64,000 nucleotides of DNA from the IMG/VR virus record IMGVR_UViG_3300045580_000473, positions 59,274 through 123,273 of that record. One strand, given 5' to 3'. The translations under genes were made by a program, and so were the position numbers. Positions within the stretch are counted from its first letter, which is position 1. Each line of letters opens with the position of its first letter. The notes beneath the pieces were generated by a model. It saw only the letters and a list, made by a program, of their open reading frames with translations, had not been told where the DNA came from and did not search any database. Positions 29,351-41,282 of this stretch are shown here, piece by piece. This DNA is from a virus. Lineage: Duplodnaviria > Caudoviricetes.

Positions 29351-29815
29351 CTAGGCGTCCTGTGCCATTTCAGAAAAACAGAATGAGCGGCTATCAAAAG
29401 AATAGCTGCGAAGTTCAACTCGTTTGTGCCGGCAACCGCCATTGCGGGCGTATTCGTTGTCGGTCCAACGGGCTCGGCACTCTGCGGCCCGAGCGACAAT
29501 TTCCTCTGGCGTGGGGTCAACTTCAGCAACACCGTTTTTTCTCGGTTGCCGGTTGACATGCTCTCGTTTGGGCAGGTTGTGCCGTCTGGCGAACGCTTGC
29601 AAATACGGGAGGCTGACTTTTAATAGGATAGCGATTTCTTCTGTCGCCCGTTGTGTGGTCCATAACTGTCTGAGCTTTTTGAGCGGGATGTCGGGTATGT
29701 CGCCCTTGGCGGGCCGATCCTTGGCGATTTTTGGCATAAATTCAATTTTCGTAGCGATATCGGTTGCGGGACTCGATGACTTTCTTTTTGATATCAGCAG
29801 CCATGTTTTTGTCAA
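29351..29815 (-). CDS. HTH (GcrA-like) putative regulator
   Basis: LRQLW..TEEIAILLKVS..FARRHNLPKR, DPTPEEI. Confidence 0.5.
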   Translation of the reverse strand: MTKTWLLISKRKSSSPATDIATKIEFMPKIAKDRPAKGDIPDIPLKKLRQLWTTQRATEEIAILLKVSLPYLQAFARRHNLPKREHVNRQPRKNGVAEVDPTPEEIVARAAECRARWTDNEYARNGGCRHKRVELRSYSFDSRSFCFSEMAQDA

Positions 29816-30200
29816 TGACTGCGGCCAGAATCATGAGGGCGTTGTAGGCCGTCATGTTGATGCCGTACTTATCTTCCAGCAAAGAGTTGGCTAGAAGCTT
29901 GAAGAGCACGACGGCCGGGCTGGGTACGCCGTCAAACTTAGCCGGTTTTGGCGTCATTGGCTTCGTCTTCCGTGACTACGTCCCAGCCAATGTACGAGAA
30001 TACATGGCGGGTGGCGTGGAAATCATCGCCGTCATCATCGCCGGCTGTCAAGACAAGTTGTTTCTTTTTGTGGTCAATACGGAAAATAGTCTGGGAGCGG
30101 GGGATTCCCCACACTCCGCCGTCGTTAATCGTGGCGACTAATTGCCGGCACCATGCGAGAACATGGTCTGGCGGCACGTCGTCGGAGTTGAGGGCTACCA

Positions 30201-31260
30201 TTAGACAGGTTGAATTTGCCGGCGAACCGGAGCGGGGGTTGGTTCTTGAGCAGACGTTGACAGAATTTGGGCGATTATGTCGGGATCACAGGCCCGGGCC
30301 GCGTATTCGATAAACGCGTTTAACCAGTCGCCGTCGGGTGTCTCAAAGCACTCGTCGCGGCTGCCGGTAGAGCCACTGCGGTAGCAGTATTGCATTCGAC
30401 CACTATCTAACGACTCGTGGCACCACCACCGCGGGCCGCTATTTCCGTGCAGGTCCCGAAGGCTTACGTCCTTCATGTTTGGATTGTTAGCCGGATTTTG
30501 ATGCGACCAGCCAAGAGACTGGAAATCTGGGCAGTGGATTCTTTGCTGCACCTCTGGCCGCAGCGGCACGGACGCAAGCAGTCTGAAAACTGTGGGGAAA
30601 CCGGAGTTTTGAAATGCGGCAAGCTCGCGGCGATGTTTGGCTTGGGCCATTTCCTGTTGCCGCCGTTTTTCGTTTAGTTCGCGTTGCTGTAAGGCGTAGA
30701 TGCGGGCAATTGCGTCATTCATGTTTCTGCCAGTTGGAGGATTTTACGGGACCGTTTCACCACGCCGACCGGTTCTGGCTCGATGTCCATTTCAGCCAGC
30801 ATGTGCGGCGTGATGTACTTGGACAGCCATTTAACGAACGAGTCAGTGAATTTCTTTTTGGCGTCTTCCGCACCGTGCGGCAAACAGAAATTGGTTTTGG
30901 GCATCGCGACCATATAGTAAATTTTCGCGTGTTCGTCGTCCTCATTTGATTGATCTACGACAAGCCACGAAGATTCGCACCCGTTTTTGTCGTGTAGCCG
31001 CAGGCCGGTGCCGTTAATGACATCTGCGTCGGCAACAATGGCCAGAGCCGAAAGCGGGACTGTGAAACCTTCAATGATGTCCGGGCACGGGTTAGTGATA
31101 ATAATGTCTTTGACGTCGTCCCACATTTCTGAGAGACCGGTGTCTTTAAAATACGCTTTCTGCGTCGCTAACTTTCTTGCGTTTGTCAGCCGCGTCTTTT
31201 CCGCTTTTGCCCAGCGTTCGCGGTGGATGGCCGCTACGCGTTGCAGTACGTTACTCATCA
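30201..31260 (-). CDS. tandem pair of related hypothetical proteins (30201-30722, 30719-~31260)
   Basis: Similar N-terminal coiled coil followed by F..SG/TG, and basic C-termini. Confidence 0.6.
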
Positions 31261-32734
31261 TTCTCCTCGACTTTATGCAGTACGCCGCTATCCAGCATTT
31301 CTTTTGGGTAGGCCCAGACGACCGGATAGTTTTTTGCTTCGGCGTCGTCTTGAATCGAGTCGATAAGCGACACGAGGCCGTCAAGATTTTCGGCCGTAGC
31401 GTCGTCTATTATTTTGCTGTCAATGATTGTGAGCAGCGTCATTTTTTGCTTGGCTAATGCGAGCCAGTCTATACCGGCGTAGGCGTCTGATGTCGGCTCT
31501 ACGCACCGCCTGTGTTTGAACTGCACGTAGACTGTGTCGTCGTGAGTTTCCAGCAGTTTCATGTCGCAAGTACCCGATCGTTGTTTCCAAATAGTCGGCG
31601 GGCCCCATCTTCGCGTCGAACGAACATTTCAATCGTCTCCCGATTTTCTCGGCCGCCTAAACCAAAGCGGTCGTCAACCCAGCGGTCGAGACAGTAGCCC
31701 CGCCACTCGATGTCAACGGTCTTTTTGTTGACTTTTCTGATGACGTACCACGCATAGCCGTCGCCTTTGGGCACTCGGAACAGTTTGCCCGGATGCAAAC
31801 CTTCGGGCAGGCTGTCAGACCTCCCTTTGGCGATTTGAAATTGCTCTTCAACGTACTGCGTGTATTCGTCAGGCGGGTTGTAGGTCATAGGAATTGGCGT
31901 CAGGGCGTCAACGCTAATGACGAGCCGGACTGGTGTAATCGCGTCTTCGACGATGACTTGCTGGCCGTCTTCGTAATACTGCTTTGACGCCTCGCCCCAG
32001 CGGTCGACAATACCGTATCGCCAACATCCGGCGAACCATTTCACCTGATACAGATCAGGAATTGGTGTGTTCAGGCTCATTTTTCCGTTTCTCCATTTCG
32101 GCCCGGATTTGCTCCATCACGACAAGGTGGTGAGCGACTTCTTTGCGAGCCAGTTGTTTGAGTAGGTCGGCGTCCCAGCTTGCCCGAAGCGGGAGCGTAT
32201 CGGGCCACGAGGCTGACTCTTCGGCGTACCCCTCGTCACAGCCGGCTTGCATATACATCTGTTTCTGGCACTCTACGTACCACTTCTCGGCCTCGGCTTT
32301 GTCGAGCGTCGGAACAGCCTCGTCGTCCTGATTGTCGTAATCCAGCAGTTGATACCGGGCGTCGACAAGGGCCGCGATGAGGTCGGCCTCGAAGCCGTAC
32401 TCGAAGTCGAAACTGGCGACGAAAACCTTGTTGATCAGGGTTTCCAGATCATCGGCAGACAACTCGTCGTCGCCGCTCATCCGGTCCATCATGTAACCGA
32501 TTTTGTCGAGCGTTACTTCGCGGTGCATGGTTGGTCCTTTTTAATCTTGAACGGCCAGAAAACGCGGGCCAGTAGGCACAGCGTCAGAATCGGCCAGATC
32601 ACGCAGAAGATGATGACGTTTACGGCGTTGTAGCTCAGCCCGGTAAGCCAACCGACAAATAGCAGCAGGTTTACGCAAGCGTCAAAAACAAAGTCGATAA
32701 GGGAATTACCGGATCGAATAGGTGTGTTGTTCAT
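31251..32734 (-). CDS. four hypothetical proteins, including a 2-TM membrane protein (32513-32734)
   Basis: Packed ORFs 31251-31562, 31559-32080, 32055-32528, 32513-32734. Confidence 0.65.
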
Positions 32735-32737
32735 TTG

Positions 32738-33349
32738 TTACTCGTTGTCGTTAAATTCTTTTTCCGCCTCTTCGCACTGGGCGGCGTACTCGTACAGATT
32801 GAATACTTGGCAGAGTTTTTCTGGCACGTTCTCTGCCAGCCAGTCTTGCGTCATTTCGCGGATGTTAATTGTGTTCTCTTCACCGCCGCGACTGGTCCCG
32901 ATGAAGCCCATGTCGGGCTCGAAATAGTACGCTCTGATGCGAAAGCCAAAACCATCGCGGAGGCGGGCGTAAAAGCCGAGCGGCGGAGCCCATGCTGTGC
33001 TGAAACTTAACTCAACGTACTTTTTGCCGTCTTTTTCTTTGATCTCGGCTTTGGGGTCACCTTCGGACTTGCTGCGGCCGAAGTCCCATTTGACGCCCCA
33101 GTTTTCACAGCACCAGTCGTACCAATGGGCAGACCCGTATTTTTCGATATTGGCCTGCTGCTTTTTTTCAAGCTCCGCCTGTTCCGGTGTATCTGCTCCT
33201 AACGAGCCGGCAACCGTATCTCTCAATTCTTGGGGGCATGGCCAGAATGCGGTCATAGTGGCTCCGCTATTGAATGCGTCGACGAGGCGGCGGAGCATCG
33301 TTTCGTCGTCGTTTTCAAACGTAACTACGTTCATGCACCAATTAGGCAT
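32738..33349 (-). CDS. DUF1281/YubB ferredoxin-like protein
   Basis: MPNWC.N, WYDWCCENWGVKWD, FSTAWAPP, YYFEPDMGFIG. Confidence 0.85.
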   Translation of the reverse strand: MPNWCMNVVTFENDDETMLRRLVDAFNSGATMTAFWPCPQELRDTVAGSLGADTPEQAELEKKQQANIEKYGSAHWYDWCCENWGVKWDFGRSKSEGDPKAEIKEKDGKKYVELSFSTAWAPPLGFYARLRDGFGFRIRAYYFEPDMGFIGTSRGGEENTINIREMTQDWLAENVPEKLCQVFNLYEYAAQCEEAEKEFNDNE

Positions 33350-34292
33350 GTGTTTTCTTTCTGTTGTATTTTTCGGATGCGGGTGAGCGTGCGGCTTGTT
33401 TTAGCTTCGAGTTCGGCCTGTTCCGCGATCCGCAGGTCTTCGAGCCGATCTTCTTCGATCCGCCATTGATGTTCGGCTACGATTTCCGCAATTGAGTGCG
33501 TTCGGATTGTCGGCGACACGGCCGCCGCGAGCGGCTGCATGATGTGGCTTGGGCACGGGATTGCCATGCGACGAATTTCGCTCGTCATCCAGCTTGAAAC
33601 AAGGTGGGCGTGCCGTGATGTCGTATTGCTGTACCGGGTTGTATTGACAAAATAAAAATCCGGCACCCGATTTGACATGCCTTGCCGGATGGCGTCGTTA
33701 AACACGGCGATACTTAGCGGGTGGTGGTCGCCGTATGAGTAGGTGATATATGCGTGCCCGAAGTTACGAGCAAAAAACCGCCAACCGTGAACGCCGCGGC
33801 CGCCGTATCGTTTACCGCACCGCACCTCGTAATACTGCAAAAGATAAGGACCGACGTCGTCGTATTTTCGACACGTAATCATTCTTTAGCGAGGGCCTGC
33901 AGCGGCCCCAGTTTCTCTTCCCATTGGCTTGCGGCCATGCGAAGAAATTGTGTGTGCTCAGCTTCGTCGCGAAACTGCCGAGTGCGAATGCTCCAAAGGT
34001 TTTTACCTTCCAGTTCGAGGCTAAAAAACCCGCAGGCTCGAATTTTGAGGGCGAGTCTGAGCGGAGCCGCGAACAGCACGTAAAACCCGTTTGGGTGCCC
34101 TTCGCAACTGTAGTGCGTTTGTGCCCCAAGCTGCTCCAGCAGCAGCACGAAATAGTTGACGCCGCGTTCGAGATTTTCGTTGTAAATCCCGCACGGCGAC
34201 GATCTGAGGAGTACGAGGTCTTTCGCTCGGTCCCACGGAAAAGCCCGGCTTAAACGGACCGCACGATTCTTTTTGGTTTTACAAACTTCCAA
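33331..34292 (-). CDS. two hypothetical proteins (33331-33882; 33879-34292 with T..SCEGH motif)
   Basis: Packed ORFs. Confidence 0.6.
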
Positions 34293-34657
34293 CTGATTTC
34301 ACTCCCGCTTACGGTAACTTCTAGTTCGTCGTAACGCCCGAGCTTGGCCAGCCATTCGCGATTGACAGGTACAACTTCTGCAAAGTCGTCACCGCCGACC
34401 AGTTCACGGGAATTGTCCCACCAGTCGTCGTCAATCTTTGGATTGCAATGCTCGGCAAACGCGACGTACGCGGTTTGTTCGCTGGCCATGTCGGTTGGCA
34501 CGCCATTGGACATTACGTACACGCCTTGGTCGTGCACGAAGAACAGCCCCGGCACTGGGTTTAGTTCTTCCATCCAACCCATTGACCATTGGGTCGAGTT
34601 CAGGGCGTGTTCGACGCACCTGTAAACTTCGTCAGATTTGAACACACATGTCGGCAT
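34250..34657 (-). CDS. DUF3085-like protein
   Basis: LFFVHDQGVYVMSNG..AFAEHCNP..GGDDFAE. Confidence 0.8.
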   Translation of the reverse strand: MPTCVFKSDEVYRCVEHALNSTQWSMGWMEELNPVPGLFFVHDQGVYVMSNGVPTDMASEQTAYVAFAEHCNPKIDDDWWDNSRELVGGDDFAEVVPVNREWLAKLGRYDELEVTVSGSEISWKFVKPKRIVRSV

Positions 34658-35009
34658 CTTGTTCCTCCAGTTCCTTTTCTAAGCTCTTTCCACGACCCAG
34701 CATCCATCGCTCGGGTTTGATGTTTCCGTACCAGTCGGCGATCGTCGGAATCTTGCCCAAGTCTTCTTTGACGTGCTGCTCGCCGATATAGCGGACGGGC
34801 ACCACGCGGCCGTCAGAATTTGTGATTGTGGTGCCGAACACGCGTTCGCACTCAAATATGCCCTCGCTGTGATGGCGGAGGGCTCGGTGACGGAAGTCGG
34901 CCATATGCCGCTTCGATTCGTCAAAAAAATTGTGAATAGCGATGTAATCTTCGACGCAGCCGCCCCATTTCTGCACAGACGACAGGGCGTGATGGTATGG
35001 GTGTGCCAT
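34632..35009 (-). CDS. DUF6915-like HD-type protein
   Basis: HPYHHALSS..WGG..DY..IHNFFDESK..RHRALRHH..GEQHVKEDLG.IP. Confidence 0.8.
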   Translation of the reverse strand: MAHPYHHALSSVQKWGGCVEDYIAIHNFFDESKRHMADFRHRALRHHSEGIFECERVFGTTITNSDGRVVPVRYIGEQHVKEDLGKIPTIADWYGNIKPERWMLGRGKSLEKELEEQDADMCVQI

Positions 35010-38000
35010 TAATCCTCCTGTGGCGGTTTGTGGGCCACTTTGCCGGCTAACGCGTCAATCGGTGCCACGTCTTGTTTTTGAGCCGTGGCAAACATTTTTG
35101 AGCGAGCCGGGTTGTTGACGTCTTCTTTTTTTGGCTCGCGTCGTAACAGAGCAAGCATTTCTTCTGTTTCGCCCAGCGATAAAAACCCGACGTGCAAAAT
35201 TGCAGTTATGGCGGCCGGGTCGTCGTCATTTGCTTTCGGCTTTGAAACGGGCAACAAACGGTAATGATTTAACCACGTTTTTAACCAAACGAGCGGTCCG
35301 GCCGCGGTAATGAGCAATCCTTTGGCGTTGTCACTCCGCACACGATTCCTGCTTTTTTTCGCGTATACCCGGCTAAGTTTGACTGCGTGTTCGGACACGA
35401 GGTCGCAGTCGAACCATTCTTTGGCTATTTGTTGCATGCCTTCCGGCGTGCACATTTGCTCGTGTACGGTCATGGGTTAATCGGTTTCTGTGATTTCGCC
35501 GAGCGAATCTAAAATAGAGGCAAGACAGTCTTTTCGATCGTTGTTGCCGCTGTCGCCCGGAAACAACCGCTCGATCGCCGACGCGATGTGCGTGCCGACG
35601 CACCAGCCAATGTCGGCTTCGCCGCTTTCTTTACCGTCCCAGTACATCTTTTCTTGCACTGTGTCTTCCCGCCATTCGTCGTAATGTTTTAACGACAAGG
35701 AAACCGTAAACAGTTTATTGCACTCAATGTCTTCACTCATTTGCGGCTATTACTCGCTTGTGTAAAGGTCGAGGGTCATAGACAGGTCGTCGTGTGTGCC
35801 GGACCAGTCATGCTTTCGTTCGACGACGTCTGCGGCATGTTCCCACGTTTCGTCGTCTGCTCGTCCAAACTGATCGGCGTTCCACCACGCGATAATGACG
35901 CTTTTAGTGCCGCGTCGTTTTTCTGCTTTCAGGTTTTCGATTGCTTCGTCAATTGTCATTTGTTACGGCTGCACCCGACAGGTGCTTGTGAAGTTCTTCT
36001 TGCCACACTCGGGCCTGTGAGCCGCGGCCAAACTTTGTCTGCGACACAATGCCAAAATCGCGGATCATGCTTTCAAGGGCGTCGAGACCGTAGATACCGG
36101 CCATCTGGTTGACGGGCTTTCCGTCCGGGCCAGAAATGGTGTACTTGGGGTCGCTAAAATTGCTCTCGTACACGTTGGTGCAGCGGTCTACCAGTTCTTG
36201 CGGGACGCCGACCTCCAGAAATGCTTCTGGTTTGAAGATCGTGTGTCCGTCACAGACATCGGCAGCCGCCAACACAACATCAGCGGGAATATCAGTCCAC
36301 TTCAAGGTCTTTCTCCTCTCGCATTTCTTCTGCTTCGGCGTCGAATGCGTACGTACTCGCCAAAGATTCGCAGTCTTCATATCCGCGGGCGTAGATATCC
36401 ACGACGACGCCCTCGTCGGTCTTCACGATATAGACAGAAAAATCTTTGACGCCGATCCATGTGCTTTCGGCGTCTGAGGCCATTTCGGCGTCAGTCTCTT
36501 CGTGGAGTCGTATTCGTTTACGTGTAGTCACTGTCTTCGTCCTCGTTGGGCCCCAGCAAGAATTCTGGGATGTCTTCTGTGGTCGCCGTTGTGTCTTCTA
36601 CGACGTCAATGTTTTCCGCCACCTCGTCGTATTTCACGGCGTTCATAACGTCTTCGTAGACGCACTGCCGGGCCTCGTCGACCATGTTTTCGTTTTCAAG
36701 GTCGACGACGTAACTAATTTTGAACTCTATGCGGCCTAGACGTGCCATACGCTGCCTGTGTCGTTAATAATTTCTCGGGTGTCTCGTTTCTCCTGCCAGC
36801 ATCGCCAAAGATGCCGCTCAGGTATAAGGCCCTCGTGGCTGTACCAGACTCGCCAGCGTTTAAACGCTCTGAGAGCCGCTTCTCTGGAAAAATGTCTGGT
36901 GATTCTTTCCCGTCGGCGGGGGTCACCAAAATCGCAGTATGTCGCGTATTCCCAAGCTCGTCGCATCAGTAGTTATACGTCTCCGTGCGAACTTCGGTGT
37001 ATCGCTCGTTGTGCTCGACCTCGATGGTTTCTTTTGCGGTGTCGATGACTACCGTGCCGAAACTGCCGTCATTGATTTCCCAGCCGCCCGGCAGCAGCGA
37101 GAACGCCTCGTCGAGAATCTGGTCGCACATCTCGGGCGTTACCAGCGGGTTTTTCTCTTTTTTCCGGTCGGCTGTAAATTCGTCAAAACGAATTGTCTTG
37201 GGCTGCGTGGCGGAAGTGACTTCATTGCTCGGGCGAGAACCAGACTTAAAGCAATCGTCGACCTGCTCTTGTGTGGGCACAATCGTGACGCCGGCATAGC
37301 TCATGTCGCCGGAGTCTCCGCTGCCGTCATACTCGAATGTAATTTGGCTAACGCCGTAGCTTAGTAGCAGCTTGCAGCACTGCTTGATGAAATCAACGCC
37401 GCTTTCTTGCCGGGCCATTCTTTGCTCCAAAATGTGGCGAAACGCCGCACCGATAAGCAGATGCGGATCGTCGTTGTTGTCAGTAGGAGGCATAAATTGT
37501 GCAGGGCTTTCCTGTCTCAGTTTCTTTCTGCTCCGCAAGAGCCACAAACGCTCGAAAAGATTCGACTACCGCCTCGGCGTGTTCTGGTCCGTCGTCTGGG
37601 TACAGCCGCCGGCAGCGTTCTCGAACGGCTTCTTCGACAGTCATTGGGCACGTTATGTCGCTTAAAACCTGTTGTTCGATTGCCGCTCCGCCCAGTTTCA
37701 TAATCTCGGCAAACATGGCTGCGGCAATGTGCCCGCCGTTCGCACCAATTACAGGCTCTGTGACGTGCGTCAGCCGTTCTCGCAGGACCGCGGCTGGAAT
37801 CTCTGCCTCGCAGTTTTCCGCTTCGAACGCTTCGCGGCAGAGAATCTTCGTGGCGTACGGCCCGCCGTGATAAGCTTCGCGGAGATAGCCGAATTCGCCG
37901 GCGGTGGTAGACATGCCGGTGATCTGCTTTTGCTTGTCGTCTTCCTCCATGCCTTCCCACTTAAGGTAGATGTCGATTCCCATTTACTTTGCCTTTGCTT

Positions 38001-38211
38001 TCTTGAGGGTGTCGAGCCACGCGGTTTTGTCTGTTTCTGAGACAGAAATTGCAGAACTGCGGTTAGCCGCAAGCTTGACGATTTTTTTGTTGTCGCATTT
38101 TCCTGTCGCGGCCGCGGTCATAGCGATCATTTCGGCTGCTTTTCTATCTGCGGCATTGACGACAAATTGCGTGTTTTCGCTGTCGGTGATGTCAATGTGA
38201 AAGTAGGGCAT
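35009..38211 (-). CDS. run of about nine small hypothetical genes, including a DUF6878-like gene (36966-~37493)
   Basis: Packed ORFs; YDGSGDSG..GWEINDGSFG in the 36966 ORF; MGIDIYL..GYLREAYHG in 37480-37983. Confidence 0.6.
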
Positions 38212-38225
38212 GTTTGCTCCGTGTA

Positions 38226-38263
38226 AAAAAGGAGGGCACCGGATACGTATCCGATGCCCTCCG
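38226..38263 (-). terminator. Rho-independent terminator
   Basis: GGAGGGCATCGGATA-CG-TATCCGGTGCCCTCC followed by a T-run on the minus strand. Confidence 0.75.
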
Positions 38264-38294
38264 TGGCAACTTTAATTTTGTCTAGCTACCGGTA

Positions 38295-38630
38295 TTACCG
38301 GCGAGCGGGACGATAGACCGTGCGAGCGGTGTTCTTCTTGACGTACCCGCCAAGCACTCGCGGACGGCACGACTCAGTGACCGACTCCTCGACGTTGTAC
38401 AGCCGGCAGTTGGGGCCGGTGCAGCAACGACCGTTCCGGCACCGCGAGGAGCCTTCAACGATCACGGCAGCCGGGGCAGGAGCCGGGTCAGCCGCCACAA
38501 CAGGGGCCGCGGCGGGAGTCGGCTCGTTCTTGAGAACGCTCTTGGTCTGCTCGGCATCCTGTCCGAAGGCCAGACCGCACACGCTGAAAATCAAAGCAGT
38601 AAAAACAAAACGCATCGTAACCTCTTCCAT
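38295..38630 (-). CDS. secreted Cys-rich small protein
   Basis: Signal peptide MRFVFTALIFSVCGLAFG, Pro/Ala linker, CRNGRCCTGPNC. Confidence 0.7.
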   Translation of the reverse strand: MEEVTMRFVFTALIFSVCGLAFGQDAEQTKSVLKNEPTPAAAPVVAADPAPAPAAVIVEGSSRCRNGRCCTGPNCRLYNVEESVTESCRPRVLGGYVKKNTARTVYRPARR

Positions 38631-38648
38631 GGTTATGTGACCTTGCGG

Positions 38649-39026
38649 TCACTGGTCAATCATCCAATCAACATCGTCCGATCCGACGTACATTTGGTCG
38701 AGACCGCACGCTTCAATTTGCCGCTTGAGTTTTCTGTCGTTGTCAAGCAACGTCATAAACCAAGCGGAAATTGTTTCGTCTTCTTCACGCGAGGGGCTTT
38801 GCATTTCGGTATGCAGGCCGTCTAGCTTGAAGCTTGTACACTGTGCCCCGGTAATCGAGGTCTGTGGTGGGTATCCGGGCGATCCGTCGCCGTCTGGCGT
38901 ATAGGGTATAGTCGGTTCGCCCGGATCGTAGTCGAATTCAATGTTGAACTCAAACTCGCCCGGAACGCCAAACGGATTGTCTCCGTCAGCGTCTTCGATT
39001 TCCCATTGAATCCAGTTTGTGGTCAT
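38649..39026 (-). CDS. hypothetical acidic protein
   Basis: Probable start MTTNW overlapping the upstream stop. Confidence 0.6.
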   Translation of the reverse strand: MTTNWIQWEIEDADGDNPFGVPGEFEFNIEFDYDPGEPTIPYTPDGDGSPGYPPQTSITGAQCTSFKLDGLHTEMQSPSREEDETISAWFMTLLDNDRKLKRQIEACGLDQMYVGSDDVDWMIDQ

Positions 39027-39286
39027 TCGTGGGCCTGCACATTCGTGGTTCGCATCTTTGCGTTGAGCCACTCTTCTTCGGCCCGCAGGGCGTCAGCCCG
39101 AGACGGGAAACCGGTCATAACCGGGCCATCAACGGGAGACAAGTCTGCGTACCATTGTCCGGGGTTTTGCGGGTCTGGTTCCACGTGGCTGGCCCGCCTG
39201 ATGTCGAGCCGTCCGAGTGTCGCCAGCGTGATCTGTTCGCCATACAGGCATTGTGCTGAGCCGTCTGGGCGGAAGTATAGGTTCAT
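39023..39286 (-). CDS. conserved small protein of the Ycf46/DUF1257 module
   Basis: PDGSAQCLYGE.I.L..LGRLDIRRASHVEPD..GQWYADLSPVDGP. Confidence 0.7.
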   Translation of the reverse strand: MNLYFRPDGSAQCLYGEQITLATLGRLDIRRASHVEPDPQNPGQWYADLSPVDGPVMTGFPSRADALRAEEEWLNAKMRTTNVQAHE

Positions 39287-40338
39287 ACGCCGGCCTCCTG
39301 CAAACGCTGAACTCGTCGCGGGCGAGAATTTGTTTCGAGGAAATTTACCTGTCTTGCCTGAATCGCCGGGACGGCTTGGATATTGTTGTTTAAGCCGTGC
39401 GACGTTGCTGTCCCCGGACGAACCTGATTGCGAATAGCATCTAGACGTTCCGCCAACTCGGTGTATGAGCCCGCTTGCAGGTTGTGCAGGATCATGCCGG
39501 TGATCAGCCGGAGTCGCGTAGGTTGATTCTCCGTCCCCATCGTCTGGGCGTAGTTTGAAAACCGACAGCGTACGACGACGCAGTGGTCACGGAACTCGAT
39601 GGGGTAATAAATTCGGCTCTCGTCGGCTACGATAGCGTTGCCCGTCAGCAGGATTTCTTGTCCGGTTCGAGTCCTGTTTGTCAGCAGGCTGTTGCCCAGT
39701 AGCTGAGCCATGCCCTCGACGACAACACTACCCTCAATTGTCGAATTAATCACGACGGCATTTGTGCGAACGTACACGCGGCCAGCGTTTTCTGTGCCCG
39801 TCATATGGCTGCGGATCACCAGTGCTGAGCCGCTAATTTCGACAAGGCCTGTAAGGGTGCAGGAGTTTACTTGTGCCGTGTCCGTGATCAGCGAGCCGCC
39901 GAACAGGCGAGTGCGGCCGGTCACGTGAGCCCGACCGGTTATCCGAGCGTTATCGTTCACCATGACCATGTCGCGGACGACGGCGTTTCCGTACACGTGG
40001 CCGTTCTGCTTGATAATAACTTCGCCTGATACAACGGCACTGCCAGAGACGCGAGCGTTGCCCTCCAGCCGCACACGGCCGGAAACATACGCAGAATTAT
40101 AGACGGCACATTTTGGGCCGACGTACACGCTGTCTTCGACAACGGCTGTCTTGGCCACCCAGCCTTTGCCGTTGACGTGTCGGTGGGCGGGGACACGACC
40201 GGCCCCGTCTTTGAAATCGTGTTTCTGTTCTCTGGGCTTTCTGGCTTTGAATTTTTGGGTCTCGATAGGCTTCATTTCCTCCAACTGCTCAATTGGAGGT
40301 ATTACGACTGGTGTATTGAACGTATCTGTCATTCTCAA
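39283..40338 (-). CDS. left-handed beta-helix (hexapeptide repeat) protein
   Basis: Repeats of the type A.VSG.A.V; N-terminal HRHVNGKGWVA. Confidence 0.8.
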   Translation of the reverse strand: MRMTDTFNTPVVIPPIEQLEEMKPIETQKFKARKPREQKHDFKDGAGRVPAHRHVNGKGWVAKTAVVEDSVYVGPKCAVYNSAYVSGRVRLEGNARVSGSAVVSGEVIIKQNGHVYGNAVVRDMVMVNDNARITGRAHVTGRTRLFGGSLITDTAQVNSCTLTGLVEISGSALVIRSHMTGTENAGRVYVRTNAVVINSTIEGSVVVEGMAQLLGNSLLTNRTRTGQEILLTGNAIVADESRIYYPIEFRDHCVVVRCRFSNYAQTMGTENQPTRLRLITGMILHNLQAGSYTELAERLDAIRNQVRPGTATSHGLNNNIQAVPAIQARQVNFLETNSRPRRVQRLQEAGV

Positions 40339-41282
40339 CCCATAGGCAGAACACGTCGCCGCGGGGCGTTCGTGATCAAGTTGTCCAGAGCCGTCTGCAC
40401 CGTGGCCATCTGCTGGCTCAGGTTGCGACGCACGTCATGATTGGTTCGCAGGTCTTTGAGTTCGACGCCGGAAACCAGATCGTTGGCCTGTCGGATCAGG
40501 TGCTCTAACTGGGCGTTCGACCGCACGTTCATGTGGCGGAAGTTCTCGTAGAACTCCTTGAAGTTTTCGACCGCCGAAGCATTGAACGTCTTTTTTGTAC
40601 CGTCTGGCTTGTCGGTCAACCGCTCAATCAGGTGGCCGACCAGTTCTTGCAGCCGCTCGGCAAACGCCTGCTCGGCCATAAGCACTGCATTCTCGAATCG
40701 ACCCTGAACGCGACGCTGCTCCTGCTCGTACAGTTCAGGATTGAAGTTCATCAAATAGTTTGGGGCCTCGACCGGCGGGTACTCCCATTTGATGTCAAAG
40801 ATGCCTTCAAGGGTGGGCGGGTAGTCGGCAGGATTAAACAGGTCGCCCAGTTTCTGCCGTGCCGCTTCCTTGACGGACTCGTACTCCAACTGAAGGTTGG
40901 CTGCGGCCGCGTCGAGTTGTTCTTTAAACTCCCGCATCTTTGTCTCAAACGCCTCGACGTCCGACTGTTTGATAAGCCGGATGCCTTCCTGCGGATACGG
41001 CAGAGTCATGCTCCGCCAATAACCTGACACCTGACTCTTAAGCGTCGTCAGAACGCGATACGTTGGGTTCTTGGTGTCGATCAGTTTCTTGGACGCCGTG
41101 ACGAGGTCAGTCTCTGCATGAAATGTATCGGCCGCCTGCTTGGTCTGAGCATCCGACAGCTTTCGCTGCGTCCCCAGCCACGAAAAGGACACGCGGACAG
41201 CACCCATCGTCTGGCGGAGTTCGTTGGCCGTTTCGGTCAGGTTTTCGATGGTCGGTTCTGTGATTTCTGTTTCTGTTGCCAT
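40335..41282 (-). CDS. DUF3150-like protein
   Basis: FSWLGT, ASKKLIDT, TLPYPQEGIRLI, LGDLFNPADYP; probable start MATETE. Confidence 0.65.
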   Translation of the reverse strand: MATETEITEPTIENLTETANELRQTMGAVRVSFSWLGTQRKLSDAQTKQAADTFHAETDLVTASKKLIDTKNPTYRVLTTLKSQVSGYWRSMTLPYPQEGIRLIKQSDVEAFETKMREFKEQLDAAAANLQLEYESVKEAARQKLGDLFNPADYPPTLEGIFDIKWEYPPVEAPNYLMNFNPELYEQEQRRVQGRFENAVLMAEQAFAERLQELVGHLIERLTDKPDGTKKTFNASAVENFKEFYENFRHMNVRSNAQLEHLIRQANDLVSGVELKDLRTNHDVRRNLSQQMATVQTALDNLITNAPRRRVLPMG

